Assembly (NCBI GenBank): GCA_035697485.1
Contig: DASSCU010000043.1
Location: forward strand, 11,548-75,547
DNA length: 64,000 nt
Direction of reading: 5' to 3'
Source: Actinomycetota bacterium
Lineage (GTDB): Bacteria > Actinomycetota > UBA4738 > HRBIN12
In this document: in pieces, positions 18,798 through 28,848 of the stretch
How positions within the stretch are numbered: position 1 is the stretch's first letter
How the letters are laid out: each line of letters begins with the position of its first letter
Program-made: the position numbers and the translations under genes
Notes under the pieces: model-generated
What the model was told of the DNA's origin: nothing
The model's input: the letters and a program-made list of their open reading frames with translations, nothing else
The model's database searches: none

Positions 18798-20180
18798 ATG
18801 GGTGATGCGTACGATGTAGCCGTGATCGGAGGTGGGACGGCGGGGTACTCCGCCGCCCTGCGCGCCGCCGAACTCGGCCTACGCGTCGCTCTCGTCGAGC
18901 GCGACGACCGCATCGGCGGCACGTGCCTGCTTCGAGGATGCATCCCGACGAAAGCCCTGCTCCAGTCGGCCGCGGTGATGGATGCCGTGAACCGGTCCGA
19001 CGAGTGGGGTATCAAGGCATCGGGCGAACCCGATTGGTCGGCCGTGAAAGCCTTCGAAGACTCCGTCGTCGACAAGCTGGTCAACGGCGTCACCGGCCTC
19101 CTCTCGGCCCGCAAGATCGACGTCGTGCAGGGACCTGCCCGGCTGGTGCCGGGCCAGACCGCCCTGGAGGTCGGCGGCTCCCGGCTCGAGGCGAGTGACA
19201 TCGTCATCGCGACCGGGTCCACCCCGAAGCTGCTGCCCGGAGTCGAGATCACCGACCGCATCATCACGAGCGACCAGGCCCTCTGGTACGACCGGATCCC
19301 CGGCTCGGTGGTCGTGATCGGGGCGGGCGCGGTCGGACTTGAGTTCGCGTCGTTGTACCGGTCCTTCGGGGCGGAGGTCACCCTCGTCGAGGCGCTCGCG
19401 AGACTGGCGCCGCTCGAAGACGACGAGGTGTCGAAGGAGATCGCGCGGGCGTACCGCAAACGCGGCATCAGCACGGCGGCCGGTGCGTCCGTCGAGGCGA
19501 TCGTGGATGCGGGCGACACCGTTGAGGTGACCTACGACCCCGGGAAGGGCGCCATCACGGTCTCCGCCGACGTCTGCCTCGTCGCCACGGGCCGCGGCCC
19601 GGTGACCGACGGACTCGGCTTGGCGGAAGCGGGGGTCTCGACCCACGAGAAGGGGTTCGTGAACGTCGACGCCAGCCTGCGCACGAACGTCGATCACGTG
19701 TGGGCGATCGGCGACGTCGCCTCCACCCCGCTGCAGCTCGCCCACGTGGCCTTCACCGAGGGCTACGCGGTCGCCGAGCGCATCGCGGGCCACGACGTGC
19801 CCGAGATCGAATACGTGAAGATCCCGAAGGTCACGTACTGCGCGCCCGAGATCGCCAGCGTCGGGCTGACCGAGGCGCAGGCTCGCGAGGCCGGGCTCGA
19901 CGTCACGATCGAGAAGGTCGACTTCCGGGCGATCGGCAAGGCGAACATGCTCGGCGAGGGAGGGTTCGTGAAGATCGTGGGCGAGACCGACGGACCGGTC
20001 CGCGGCGTGCACATGATCGGCCCGCACGTGACCGACCTGATCGCCGAGGGCATGCTGATCGTGAACTGGGAGGCGATGCCCGCCGAGGTGGCGGCGATGA
20101 TGCACCCCCACCCGTCCCTGTCCGAAGGCATCGGCGAGGCGCACCTGGCGCTCGCCGGCAAGCCCCTGCACACCCCGTGA
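18798..20180 (+). CDS. lpd: Dihydrolipoyl dehydrogenase (E3, Lpd)
   Basis: MGDAYDVAVIGGGTAGYSAALRAAELG (FAD site), redox disulfide GGTCLLRGCIPTK, C-terminal HPHPSLSE dimerisation motif. Confidence 0.9.
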   Translation: MGDAYDVAVIGGGTAGYSAALRAAELGLRVALVERDDRIGGTCLLRGCIPTKALLQSAAVMDAVNRSDEWGIKASGEPDWSAVKAFEDSVVDKLVNGVTGLLSARKIDVVQGPARLVPGQTALEVGGSRLEASDIVIATGSTPKLLPGVEITDRIITSDQALWYDRIPGSVVVIGAGAVGLEFASLYRSFGAEVTLVEALARLAPLEDDEVSKEIARAYRKRGISTAAGASVEAIVDAGDTVEVTYDPGKGAITVSADVCLVATGRGPVTDGLGLAEAGVSTHEKGFVNVDASLRTNVDHVWAIGDVASTPLQLAHVAFTEGYAVAERIAGHDVPEIEYVKIPKVTYCAPEIASVGLTEAQAREAGLDVTIEKVDFRAIGKANMLGEGGFVKIVGETDGPVRGVHMIGPHVTDLIAEGMLIVNWEAMPAEVAAMMHPHPSLSEGIGEAHLALAGKPLHTP

Positions 20181-20191
20181 GGAGCGATCGA

Positions 20192-21265
20192 GTGGCGACC
20201 GAGGTCGGCCCCGCCGGCGCCCCAGCCGAGACGACGGGTGGCGGGCGGCCCCTGCCCGACGACGAGCTGGCCGAGATGCTGCACATGCTCAAGCTCGCCC
20301 GGTACTTCGACGAGCGCATGGAAGCCCTGTACCGGCAGGGCCGCCTTCCGGGCGCGATCTACTCGGGCCGTGGCCAGGAGGGCACGCACGTCGGCACGGC
20401 GTGGGCCCTGCGTCCGGACGACTCGTTGTTCCCCACGCACCGCGACCTCACAGCACAGCTCACCAAGGGTCTGGACCTCAAGCGGGTGATGGCGCAGTTC
20501 TGGGCTCGCATCGACGGGTACACCCGCGGGCGCGATGGCAACAGCCACATCGGCGACTGGTTCGGCAACAAGACGTTCACGGTCATGTCGCACCTGCCGA
20601 TCGCCTATCCGGTCGCGGTCGGCGCGGCGCTCGCCTACAAGCTCAAGGGCGAGCCCAACGTCGCCCTCGCGATCTGCGGAGACGGCTCCACCTCGAACGG
20701 GCGCTGGCACGAGGCGATCAACACGTCGGCGATCCACCGGCTCCCCGTCGTCTGGGTCGTGAACAACAACCAGTTCGCGTACTCGACCCCGAACATGCTC
20801 GAGTTCGCGATCCCGACGATCGCCGAGCGGGCGGTCGCCTACGGCATCCCCGGTGTCCGCGTCGACGGCGGCAACGTGCTCGAGGTCTTCGAGGCCGCGC
20901 GCGCGGCGGTCGAGCGCGCCCGGGCCGGTGAGGGCCCGACGCTGATCGAGTCGGTCTCGCTGCGGTGGCGGGGCCACGCGGGGCACGACCCGGCGAAGTA
21001 CATGCCCGACGAGCTGCTCCAGGAGTACATGGCGAACCACGATCCGGTGCGCAACTTCGAGGAGTACTTGCTCTCGGAAGGTGTCGTCACGAAGGACGAC
21101 ATCGACGGGATCGCGCAGCGCGTCGAGGCAGAGTTCGACGAGGGGTACGCGTTCGCACTCGCCTCCCCGTTCCCCGAGCCCGGCGACGCCACGAAAGGGC
21201 TCTGGGTCGAGGACGGCTACTGGACGAGCGAGCCCGGCCGCGGCGGCGGCACCGAGGCGGGCTGA
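20192..21265 (+). CDS. 2-oxoacid dehydrogenase E1 component alpha subunit (TPP-dependent)
   Basis: GTG 20192 with SD GGAG 7 nt upstream. TPP-binding GDGSTSNGRWHEAINTSAIHRLPVVWVVNNN. Confidence 0.85.
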   Translation: MATEVGPAGAPAETTGGGRPLPDDELAEMLHMLKLARYFDERMEALYRQGRLPGAIYSGRGQEGTHVGTAWALRPDDSLFPTHRDLTAQLTKGLDLKRVMAQFWARIDGYTRGRDGNSHIGDWFGNKTFTVMSHLPIAYPVAVGAALAYKLKGEPNVALAICGDGSTSNGRWHEAINTSAIHRLPVVWVVNNNQFAYSTPNMLEFAIPTIAERAVAYGIPGVRVDGGNVLEVFEAARAAVERARAGEGPTLIESVSLRWRGHAGHDPAKYMPDELLQEYMANHDPVRNFEEYLLSEGVVTKDDIDGIAQRVEAEFDEGYAFALASPFPEPGDATKGLWVEDGYWTSEPGRGGGTEAG

Positions 21266-22314
21266 TGGCGACGACCGTGAAGCTCGAAGCCGGCGCCGCC
21301 GGTCACGGCGCCGAACCACGCGGGAAGCGCGGCGACGACGGGCAGGCCACCTACCTGATCGCGATCGCCGAGGCCCTCTGGGAGGAGATGGAGCGCGACG
21401 AGCGTGTCTACATGCTCGGCGAGGACATCGCCGTCTACGGTGGGGCCTTCAAGGTGACCGAGGGGTTCCTCGACCGATTCGGTGAGCAGCGCGTGATCGA
21501 CACGCCGATCGCCGAGGAGACGATCGTCGGCATGGCGGTCGGCTCGGCGATGGAAGGCTTGCGGCCCGTCGCGGAGTTCCAGTACGCCGACTTCATGTCG
21601 TCGGGATTCGACTCGATCTCCACGGTGCTGGGGCGCTACCACTATCGCTCGGGCGTGCCGCTGCCGGTCGTCCTGCGCGGTCCGTCGGGAGGGTACGTGC
21701 GGGCGTCGTCGTTCCACTCGGTGAATCCCGAGCCCTGGTTCGCCTACGGGGGCGGCATCAAGATCGTGGCGCCGGCGTTCCCGGCCGACGCCAAGGGTTT
21801 GATGAAGTCCGCGGTGCGCGACGACAACCCGGTGCTCTACCTCGAGCACAAGTGGATCTATCGGCGCATCAAGGAGCAAGTCCCCACCGACCCTGAGTTC
21901 CTCGTGCCGATCGGCGAGGCCGACGTGAAGCGTGAGGGCACCGACGTCTCGATCGTCACGTACGGCGCGCTCGTGCACAAGTCCCTGGAGGCCGCCGAGA
22001 GCCTCGCGCAGCGTGGCATCTCCGCCGAGGTCGTCGATCTGCGCACCGTGCATCCGATCGACGAGGAGACCGTGCTGAACTCGATCGCGAAGACGTCGCG
22101 TGCGCTGGTCGTGAGCGAAAGCTACCGGTTCGTCGGCATCGGGGCCGAGGTCGGGGCGACGATCGCCGAGAAGGCGTTCGAGCACCTCGACGCCCCCGTG
22201 ACCAGGCTGTCGCCGCCCAACATGCCGGTCCCCTTCTCCCCCACGCTCGAGGACGCGTTCCTGCCGCAGGTGGCCGACATCGAGCACGCCGTCGAGGAGT
22301 TGTCCGCCTGGTGA
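21265..22314 (+). CDS. 2-oxoacid dehydrogenase E1 component beta subunit
   Basis: Start overlaps the E1alpha stop (TGATG). Transketolase-like pyrimidine-binding and C-terminal domains (…EQRVIDTPIAEE…). Confidence 0.9.
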   Translation: MATTVKLEAGAAGHGAEPRGKRGDDGQATYLIAIAEALWEEMERDERVYMLGEDIAVYGGAFKVTEGFLDRFGEQRVIDTPIAEETIVGMAVGSAMEGLRPVAEFQYADFMSSGFDSISTVLGRYHYRSGVPLPVVLRGPSGGYVRASSFHSVNPEPWFAYGGGIKIVAPAFPADAKGLMKSAVRDDNPVLYLEHKWIYRRIKEQVPTDPEFLVPIGEADVKREGTDVSIVTYGALVHKSLEAAESLAQRGISAEVVDLRTVHPIDEETVLNSIAKTSRALVVSESYRFVGIGAEVGATIAEKAFEHLDAPVTRLSPPNMPVPFSPTLEDAFLPQVADIEHAVEELSAW

Positions 22315-22342
22315 GTCGCGTGTCGCACGAAGGAGGAGCCTG

Positions 22343-23719
22343 ATGACGTCGATCCAGATGCCGCAACTCGGCGAGACGATCGTCGAAGGCACGATCCTGA
22401 AGTGGCTGAAGGCCGAGGGCGACGCCGTGGAGCGCGACGAGCCGCTGTTCGAGATCTCGACCGACAAGGTCGATACGGAAGTGCCCTCCCCCGTGGCGGG
22501 CACCCTCACGAAGATCCTCGTGGAGGAAGGCGCGACGGTTCCCGTCGGGACGGAACTGGCGGAGGTCGCGTCCGACGAGGACTCGGCAACTCAGCCGGAC
22601 GCGGGTGCTCCGGCGGGTGAGGCTGCGGTGTCGTCCGCGCCGCCGGCGTCGCAGGCGAGCGGCGGGCCCAGTGGCGAGACGCCGGGCCAGGATGTGAGCG
22701 ACGCCTCCGCCCCACCCGTGTCCGTTGCGTCGCCCGTCCCCGCCGGATCCGGGGTCGCTCCGGTGCCGGATCGGGGGCCTCGGTCGCAGATCCTCTCGCC
22801 GCTCGTGCGCAAGCTGGCACAGGAGCACGGCATCGACCTGTCCGCGGTGACGGGCACCGGCACCGGAGGGCGGATCACCAAGGCCGACGTCATGGCCGTG
22901 GTGGCGTCGGGCGGCGCAGGTGCGGGGGCACCCTCGCCCGCGACGCCGGCGGCCGCGCCGGTGGCCGCTTCGACGGGGGTCGCGCCGCCTGCGGTCGGCA
23001 CCGCCGCGGCCGCGGGGGAGACGGTCGAGCCGATGTCGCACATCCGCAAGGCGATCGCCACCCACATGCTCGCTTCGGTGAACGAGACGGCACGCGCGTG
23101 GACGATGGTCGAGGTGAACGTCGATCATCTCGTGAAGCTTCGCGAGCGCGCGAAGGACGCGTTCCTCGCGGCGCACGGTGTGAAGCTCACGTACCTACCG
23201 TTCGTGGTCCGCGCAACCGTCGATGCGCTGCAGGCGTTCCCGGCGGTGAACTCGCGCATCGTCGGGGACGAGGTCGTCACGCCCCGCGCCGTCCACATGG
23301 GCATCGCCGTCAGCTATGACGCGGGTTTGATCGTGCCCGTGATCCGCGACGCCGAAGCGATGAACAGCGTCGGCATCGCGGCCGCGGTCGCCGACCTCGC
23401 CGCCCGGGCCCGCTCGCACCAACTGAAGCCCGACGAGGTCCAGGGCGCCACCTTCACGATCACGAACCCCGGCCCGTACGGCTCCCTGATTAGCGTGCCG
23501 ATCATCAACCAGCCGAACGTGGGCATCCTGTCGCTCGACGCGATCCAGCGGCGGCCGGTCGTGGTCGAGGGTGACGCGATCGCCGTGCGCAGCATGGTGT
23601 ACGTCTCGATGTCATGGGACCACCGCCTGATCGACGGCGAGATCGCCACGCGGTTCCTGGCCCGCGTGAAGCACAACCTCGAAGGCTGGGATTTCGCCGA
23701 GGACCTGGGGATCCGATGA
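22343..23719 (+). CDS. Dihydrolipoamide acyltransferase (E2) with lipoyl, E3-binding and catalytic domains
   Basis: Lipoyl site EISTDKVDTEVPSP, E3-binding domain ILSPLVRKLAQEHGIDLSAVTGTGTGGRITKADV, catalytic DHRLIDG. SD GAAGGAGG lies upstream. Confidence 0.9.
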   Translation: MTSIQMPQLGETIVEGTILKWLKAEGDAVERDEPLFEISTDKVDTEVPSPVAGTLTKILVEEGATVPVGTELAEVASDEDSATQPDAGAPAGEAAVSSAPPASQASGGPSGETPGQDVSDASAPPVSVASPVPAGSGVAPVPDRGPRSQILSPLVRKLAQEHGIDLSAVTGTGTGGRITKADVMAVVASGGAGAGAPSPATPAAAPVAASTGVAPPAVGTAAAAGETVEPMSHIRKAIATHMLASVNETARAWTMVEVNVDHLVKLRERAKDAFLAAHGVKLTYLPFVVRATVDALQAFPAVNSRIVGDEVVTPRAVHMGIAVSYDAGLIVPVIRDAEAMNSVGIAAAVADLAARARSHQLKPDEVQGATFTITNPGPYGSLISVPIINQPNVGILSLDAIQRRPVVVEGDAIAVRSMVYVSMSWDHRLIDGEIATRFLARVKHNLEGWDFAEDLGIR

Positions 23720-24417
23720 CCCGGCGGACGTGGCTGTTCGAGCCCGATGGGCTCGTGCCGTACGACGCCGCGAACGAGGCGATGCACGACCTGGCGCGGC
23801 GGCGACTCGACGACGTGGTCCCCGACGCAGTGATCCTGCTGCAGCACCCTCCGGTGTTCACGGCCGGCCGCCGTGCGAAGCCCGAGCACCTGGTCTGGAG
23901 TGAGGACGAGGCGGCCGCGCACGGCGCCGGGGTGCACCACATCGACCGGGGTGGCTCGTTCACGTTCCACGGACCCGGGCAGCTCGTGGGGTATCCGATC
24001 CTGCACCTCGGCGGTCGCCCCGACGCTGCTCGGTACCTGCGCGCGCTCGAGGCCGCCGTGATCCGAACCGGCGCGGAGCTCGGGGTGGAACTGCACCGGC
24101 GGGACGACGTGCAGACGGGGGTCTTCGCCGGGGACGACAAGGTCTGTGCGATCGGCGTGCGCTTGATGCGGACCCGGGTGACGCTGCACGGCTTCGCGAT
24201 CAACTGCGACACCGACCTGTCGTGGTTCGACGGCATCGTGGCCTGTGGGCTCCCCGACAACGGCGTGACGTCGCTCTCGAGGCTGCTCGAGCGCGACGTC
24301 ACCGTCGAGGAGGTCCTCCCGATCGTGGAAGACGCACTCGCGGCAGAGTTCGGGCTCGCCTACGAGATGGCCCCTCCTGACGAGCTCGAACCGTTCCTCG
24401 CGCCCCTGGTGGCCTGA
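23716..24417 (+). CDS. lipB: Lipoyl(octanoyl) transferase LipB
   Basis: Start ATG overlaps the E2 stop (ATGA). Contains ...RGGSFTFHGPGQLVGYPIL...DKVCAIGVRL... (LipB catalytic Cys/Lys region). Confidence 0.85.
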   Translation: MTRRTWLFEPDGLVPYDAANEAMHDLARRRLDDVVPDAVILLQHPPVFTAGRRAKPEHLVWSEDEAAAHGAGVHHIDRGGSFTFHGPGQLVGYPILHLGGRPDAARYLRALEAAVIRTGAELGVELHRRDDVQTGVFAGDDKVCAIGVRLMRTRVTLHGFAINCDTDLSWFDGIVACGLPDNGVTSLSRLLERDVTVEEVLPIVEDALAAEFGLAYEMAPPDELEPFLAPLVA

Positions 24418-24456
24418 ACCGCGACGGTCGAGGACGGCCGGACGGGGCCGGGCGGC

Positions 24457-25203
24457 TCAGGCGGTGTCGGCGATCAGCGCGTACCGCGGGAGATGCTCGA
24501 GCCATCCCAGGGGCCAGGGCTCGTGCAACCGGGCGGCCCACTCGATGTCACGGAGACGCTGGATGCGCACGCCGGTCCATCCGGCCTCGTAGGCGGCGTC
24601 GACCAGGGGGATGGGTGACGGCATCCCCGCGAGCGGCAGCGCCTCGAGCACCTCGTCGGGGTAGGGGGCATGGTGGTGGTCGGCGACCCCCATCGCTCGA
24701 CGGACCATGTCGGCCATGGCGTGCTTGGCCCGGTCGGCGGAGGCGCGGGAACCCCGGACCCCCTCGAAGAGCACGATGCGTCCGCCGGCCGCCGTCACCT
24801 CGCGCCACGCGCGGAGCGCTCCGACCGGGTCGGGCATGGTCCACAGCAGATGACGCTCGATCACGGCGTCGAACGGTCCACCGGGCGGCGCCATCGCGGA
24901 TCCGACCTCGAACCGGAGCTCGAGCCCCTTCACGGCGGCCTTCTCGCGGGCCTTCGAGAGCATGCCCTCGGACAGGTCCAGGGCGGTCACCCGATACCCG
25001 AGCTCCGCCGCGAGCAGGCTCAGCGAGCCCGTGCCCGCCCCGGCGTCGAGCACCGCGACGGGCGGCTCGGGCAGCGCTCGTCGCAGCGCGGCTCGCCAGG
25101 TGGCCGCCTCGAGCGGATCGGAGACCGCATGCGAGACGGAGCGGTCGTAGGTCTCTGCATCGCGATCCCAGAAGTCCCTGATCCGATCGTGCACGTCGGG
25201 CAT
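24457..25203 (-). CDS. Class I SAM-dependent methyltransferase
   Basis: Motif I VLDAGAGTGSLS and post-I ALDLSEGML. Confidence 0.75.
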   Translation of the reverse strand: MPDVHDRIRDFWDRDAETYDRSVSHAVSDPLEAATWRAALRRALPEPPVAVLDAGAGTGSLSLLAAELGYRVTALDLSEGMLSKAREKAAVKGLELRFEVGSAMAPPGGPFDAVIERHLLWTMPDPVGALRAWREVTAAGGRIVLFEGVRGSRASADRAKHAMADMVRRAMGVADHHHAPYPDEVLEALPLAGMPSPIPLVDAAYEAGWTGVRIQRLRDIEWAARLHEPWPLGWLEHLPRYALIADTA

Positions 25204-25225
25204 GCGCTTTCCCTCCGGGAGGTCG

Positions 25226-26041
25226 TCAGAAGAGACGGGCGGCGAGCTTGGGCCGGTACTCCCCCACGAGCGGGTCGTCCCCGAGGGTGGCGAAGATGTC
25301 GACCATCGACTCCCGCGCGGTGGCCGGGTCGTCGTCGAAGGCCGCGAGCAGCCCTTCGAGCGCGTCGCGCCACCTCCCCGAGGCCGCCGCCGCCCTCGCC
25401 CTCGAGATCGCGTCCTCGCCCGCGAGCGAGGCCCAGTCGTGAACCCGCACCGTCGCCATCACGCGTTCCGCATCGCGATCGGGCAGCAAGGGCTCGACGA
25501 GCGCCTTCGCCTCCTCGGTCTGTCCGCGGCCCACCAGGATCCGGGCGAGCCCGACCGCCGCTTCCCGGTTGTCCGGATCCTTCGCGAGGGCGTCACGGTA
25601 CCCCGCCTCAGCCGACGCGAGGTCGCCGGCGACCTCCTCCGCGAGTGCCTCGTCGGCCTCGACGTCGGCCTCGCTCGGGAGGATCGAGTCGATGAACCGG
25701 TTGACCTCGGGTTCGGGGTAGGCCCCGATGAACATGTTCACGGGCTGCCCACCACTGAACGCCACGACGGTGGGGATCCCCTGACTCTGCACCGCCTGCA
25801 ACAATGCGTTGCCGACGGCGTTGGCGTCGACGTCGAGCTTGGCCAGGAGGAACGCTCCTTGCCGCTCCGCGGCGACCTTCTCGAGGATCGGGCCGAGCGT
25901 GCGGCACGGCGCGCACCACGAGGCCCACATGTCGACCACGACGGGGCGCTGCATCGAGCCTTCGATCACCACCTGCTCGAAGTCGGCGTCGGTGACGTCG
26001 AGCACGGTGGTCGCGGTGCTCGGCCTGCTCATGTCCACCAT
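25226..26041 (-). CDS. Thioredoxin-domain protein with C-terminal TPR-like region (YbbN/CnoX-like co-chaperone)
   Basis: WASWCAPCR thioredoxin CxxC motif, followed by a helical-repeat C-terminal half. Confidence 0.75.
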   Translation of the reverse strand: MVDMSRPSTATTVLDVTDADFEQVVIEGSMQRPVVVDMWASWCAPCRTLGPILEKVAAERQGAFLLAKLDVDANAVGNALLQAVQSQGIPTVVAFSGGQPVNMFIGAYPEPEVNRFIDSILPSEADVEADEALAEEVAGDLASAEAGYRDALAKDPDNREAAVGLARILVGRGQTEEAKALVEPLLPDRDAERVMATVRVHDWASLAGEDAISRARAAAASGRWRDALEGLLAAFDDDPATARESMVDIFATLGDDPLVGEYRPKLAARLF

Positions 26042-26054
26042 GCTTCTCAGCCTC

Positions 26055-28265
26055 TCACACGCTCACGGCTGCGACGGGCGGGCGGCGTGACCCGCCGAGG
26101 TCGCCGCGATCGCGACCACGACCGAACCGGCGGAGGCGGAGCGCGTTCAGCACCACGGTCACGCTCGAGACCGCCATCGCCGCGGCCGCCCACATCGGAT
26201 CGAGCACCCCGAACACGGCGAGCGGGATCATCACGACGTTGTACGCGAACGCCCAGAAGAGGTTCTGCGCGATGACCCGGTAGGTCCGACGGGCGAGCTC
26301 GATCGCATCCGCCACCGATGCGAGCGAGCCTCCCAACAGGTTCACCTCGGCCGCGGCGAGCGCGACGTCGGTGCCCCTCCCCATCGCGACGCCCACGTCG
26401 GCCTTGGCCAGGGCGGGCGCGTCGTTCAACCCGTCGCCGACGAAGATCACCCGATGCCCGGCCCCCTGCAGCTGCGCGACCTCCTCGACCTTGCCCTCGG
26501 GACCGACCTCGGCGGACACGCGACGGATCCCGACATCGGCGGCGACCGCCCGAGCGGTCGCGCGATGGTCGCCCGTGACCATCGCGACCTCGAGGCCGGC
26601 CCCGCGGAGGCGGGCGACGGTGTCGCGTGCCTCGGGCTTCACCCGATCGGCCACGGCCACCACGCCGATCGGGTCGCCGTCACGCCACACGGCGAACGGG
26701 GTTCGACCCTCCGCGGCCAATCGGTCGATCTGCGCCTGCATCGCGGGCGACAACGGCCCCGCCCGTCCGACACGGACCTCACGCCCGTCGACCGTCGAGA
26801 TGGCCCCGAGTCCCGGTTCGGCGCGGTGCCGGTCCCCCGCGGGCACGTCGATGGCGCGCTCCCGGGCCGCGAGGACGATCGCCTCGGCGATCGGATGTTC
26901 CGAACCGGCTTCCGCCGCGGCCGTAGCTGCGAGGAGGGTGTCGTCGTCCACCCCGGGGGACGGAACGAGATCGGTGAGCCGCATCACGCCGTCGGTCACC
27001 GTGCCCGTCTTGTCGAGCAGCACGACGTCGGCGCTGCGAGCGGACTCGAACACCTCGCCGCCCTTGAAGAGGACACCCAGCTCTGCCGCCCTCCCCGTGC
27101 CCGCCATGATCGCCGCGGGCGTGGCGAGCCCGAGCGCGCACGGGCACGCGATGAGCAGGACCGCCACCGCATGGAGCATCGCCGCTCCCGTCGTCGCGTC
27201 GGTGAGCGCGAGCCAGCCGACGAACGTGGCCGCGGCGATCGCGAGGACGACGGGCACGAAGACCGCCGACACGCGATCCGCGAGGCGCTGGACCGGCGCC
27301 TTCGAACCCTGGGCGGCCTCGAGCAGGCGCACGATCTCGGCGAGCCGCGTCCCAGCGCCGACGGTGGTGACGAAGACGACCAATCGGCCGTTCCCGTTCA
27401 CCGTGGCCCCGACGACGTCGTCGCCGGGCTCGACCTCGACGGGCGCCGACTCGCCGGTCAGCAGCGAGAGGTCGACCCACGACGACCCCTGCTTCACGAT
27501 CCCGTCGGCCGGGATCGTCTCGCCGGGGCGGACGACGACGAGCTGCCCGGGGCGGAGGTCGTCGATCGGGACCGGCCGTTCCGACCCGTCGATCAGCAGC
27601 GTCGCCGACTTCGCCCCACGGTCGAGCAGCGCCCTCGATGCGTCGGCGGCGCTGGCGCGAGCGCGTGCCTCGAGCACTTTGCCGACGAGGATCAACGTGA
27701 CGATCACGGCCGCCGTGTCGAAGTAGTGGTCGTGTTCGCCCAGCAGGACGGCAGCGGCGCTGTACCCGTACGCCGACAGCGAGCCGATCGCGACCAACGT
27801 ATCCATCGTGGTCGCGCCGTGCAGGGCGGACCGCGCCGCTGCTCGAAGGAACGGCCAGCCCGAGTAGAAGACGACGGGCGTCGAGAGCAGCCATGCCAGC
27901 TCCTGGCTCCGCGCCGCATGCGGCAGGGCGAACGTGAGCCAGAGGACGGCGACCGTCAGCGGCACCGCCACCGCGAGCCTGCGCGCGTACGACCGTGCCT
28001 CGTCGGCCGGAGACCGTCGCTCGGTGTGGATCCGGGCGCCGTACCCGACCCCTCGGACCGCCTCCACGAGCGGTCCGACGTGGACCGCGTCGCGACCGCC
28101 CTGCTCCTCCCGGACCATCGCGGTGCGCGTCGCGAGGTTCACCGAGGCTGCCTGCACCCCCGGCACCCGCTCGAGCGCACGTTCCACCCGCTGCACACAG
28201 GACGCGCAGGTCATGCCCTCGATGTCGAGCACGATCGCGTGACGGTCGCTCTCCACGGGTCTCAC
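26055..28265 (-). CDS. copA: Cu(I)-translocating P1B-type ATPase
   Basis: N-terminal HMA domain [17 protein letters not shown] motif [18 protein letters not shown] phosphorylation site, and VTGDHRATA...[10 protein letters not shown]. Confidence 0.9.
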   Translation of the reverse strand: MRPVESDRHAIVLDIEGMTCASCVQRVERALERVPGVQAASVNLATRTAMVREEQGGRDAVHVGPLVEAVRGVGYGARIHTERRSPADEARSYARRLAVAVPLTVAVLWLTFALPHAARSQELAWLLSTPVVFYSGWPFLRAAARSALHGATTMDTLVAIGSLSAYGYSAAAVLLGEHDHYFDTAAVIVTLILVGKVLEARARASAADASRALLDRGAKSATLLIDGSERPVPIDDLRPGQLVVVRPGETIPADGIVKQGSSWVDLSLLTGESAPVEVEPGDDVVGATVNGNGRLVVFVTTVGAGTRLAEIVRLLEAAQGSKAPVQRLADRVSAVFVPVVLAIAAATFVGWLALTDATTGAAMLHAVAVLLIACPCALGLATPAAIMAGTGRAAELGVLFKGGEVFESARSADVVLLDKTGTVTDGVMRLTDLVPSPGVDDDTLLAATAAAEAGSEHPIAEAIVLAARERAIDVPAGDRHRAEPGLGAISTVDGREVRVGRAGPLSPAMQAQIDRLAAEGRTPFAVWRDGDPIGVVAVADRVKPEARDTVARLRGAGLEVAMVTGDHRATARAVAADVGIRRVSAEVGPEGKVEEVAQLQGAGHRVIFVGDGLNDAPALAKADVGVAMGRGTDVALAAAEVNLLGGSLASVADAIELARRTYRVIAQNLFWAFAYNVVMIPLAVFGVLDPMWAAAAMAVSSVTVVLNALRLRRFGRGRDRGDLGGSRRPPVAAVSV

Positions 28266-28522
28266 TTGCCCGCGAGCCGGCCCACCGCCGCCATCAACTC
28301 CTCGATCTTGGCCTCACCGCCCCCCTGCTCGATCGACTCGCGGACGCAGTGGCGCACGTGGTCATCGAGCAACCCCATGCCGACAGCTCGCAGTGCAGCC
28401 TGGACCGAGCTCAGCTGGGTGAGGATGTCGATGCAGTAGGCATCCTCGTCCACCATGCGCTGCAGGCCGCGGACCTGACCCTCGATGCGACGGAGCCGAT
28501 CCTGCACCGCCTTCTTGTTCAT
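28262..28522 (-). CDS. csoR: CsoR-family copper-sensing transcriptional repressor
   Basis: 86 aa [44 protein letters not shown]...HCVR. The Cys-His-Cys metal ligands are in the conserved positions. Its stop overlaps the copA start (ATGA). Internal ATG 28522 was chosen over the Arg/Ser-rich extension. Confidence 0.8.
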   Translation of the reverse strand: MNKKAVQDRLRRIEGQVRGLQRMVDEDAYCIDILTQLSSVQAALRAVGMGLLDDHVRHCVRESIEQGGGEAKIEELMAAVGRLAGK

Positions 28523-28547
28523 CTCGTAGCCGTACACCGCAGCCCCC

Positions 28548-28712
28548 TCACATGTGCCGCTCGTCGTCGGTGAGCGACAGGAAATGGTCGGGATCGTCCC
28601 GGAACCGTCGCATGCATCCGACCGAGCAGAAGAGATACGTCGTGCCTCCGTGCTCCCATGCAGCCGCGGCGGACGCTTCATCGACAGCCATGCCGCACAC
28701 CGGATCCTTCAT
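28548..28712 (-). CDS. YHS/TRASH-domain small metal-binding protein (54 aa), absent from the ORF track
   Basis: Translated by hand: MKDPVCGMAVDEASAAAAWEHGGTTYLFCSVGCMRRFRDDPDHFLSLTDDERHM. It matches the YHS domain pattern DPVCGM...YYFCS..C..F. SD GAGGAGG lies 7 nt upstream of the ATG, and the stop is 26 nt upstream of csoR. Confidence 0.7.
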   Translation of the reverse strand: MKDPVCGMAVDEASAAAAWEHGGTTYLFCSVGCMRRFRDDPDHFLSLTDDERHM

Positions 28713-28750
28713 GGGTCGCCTCCTCACACCTGGGTCGGTTCCATCGCGAG

Positions 28751-28770
28751 TATACCAGGGGGGGGTATCC
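28751..28770. promoter_or_regulatory. Candidate CsoR operator: G-tract pseudopalindrome tATACCAGGGGGGGGTATcc
   Basis: ATACC...GGTAT inverted repeat flanking a G8 tract, about 40 nt upstream of the YHS-csoR-copA unit. It resembles the GC-rich, G/C-tract-centred palindromes bound by CsoR in Bacillus and Mycobacterium. Confidence 0.5.
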
Positions 28771-28848
28771 GCATTAGGCCGTCGAGATCTCGGGTCGGCC
28801 GAGGACCCCGGTGTATGCTCGCCACACGGTGCAAGGAAGCTCGGTCAC

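Noticed and set aside
18758-19519. N-terminal 254-aa extension of the 626-aa 'GcvT' ORF
   Set aside because: It is Ser/Thr/Ala-rich junk antisense to lpd, and GcvT homology begins exactly at the internal ATG.
28523-28681. 139-aa version of csoR starting at 28681
   Set aside because: The extra 53 aa are Ser/Thr/Arg-rich and overlap the newly found YHS gene in another frame. CsoR homology begins at [10 protein letters not shown].
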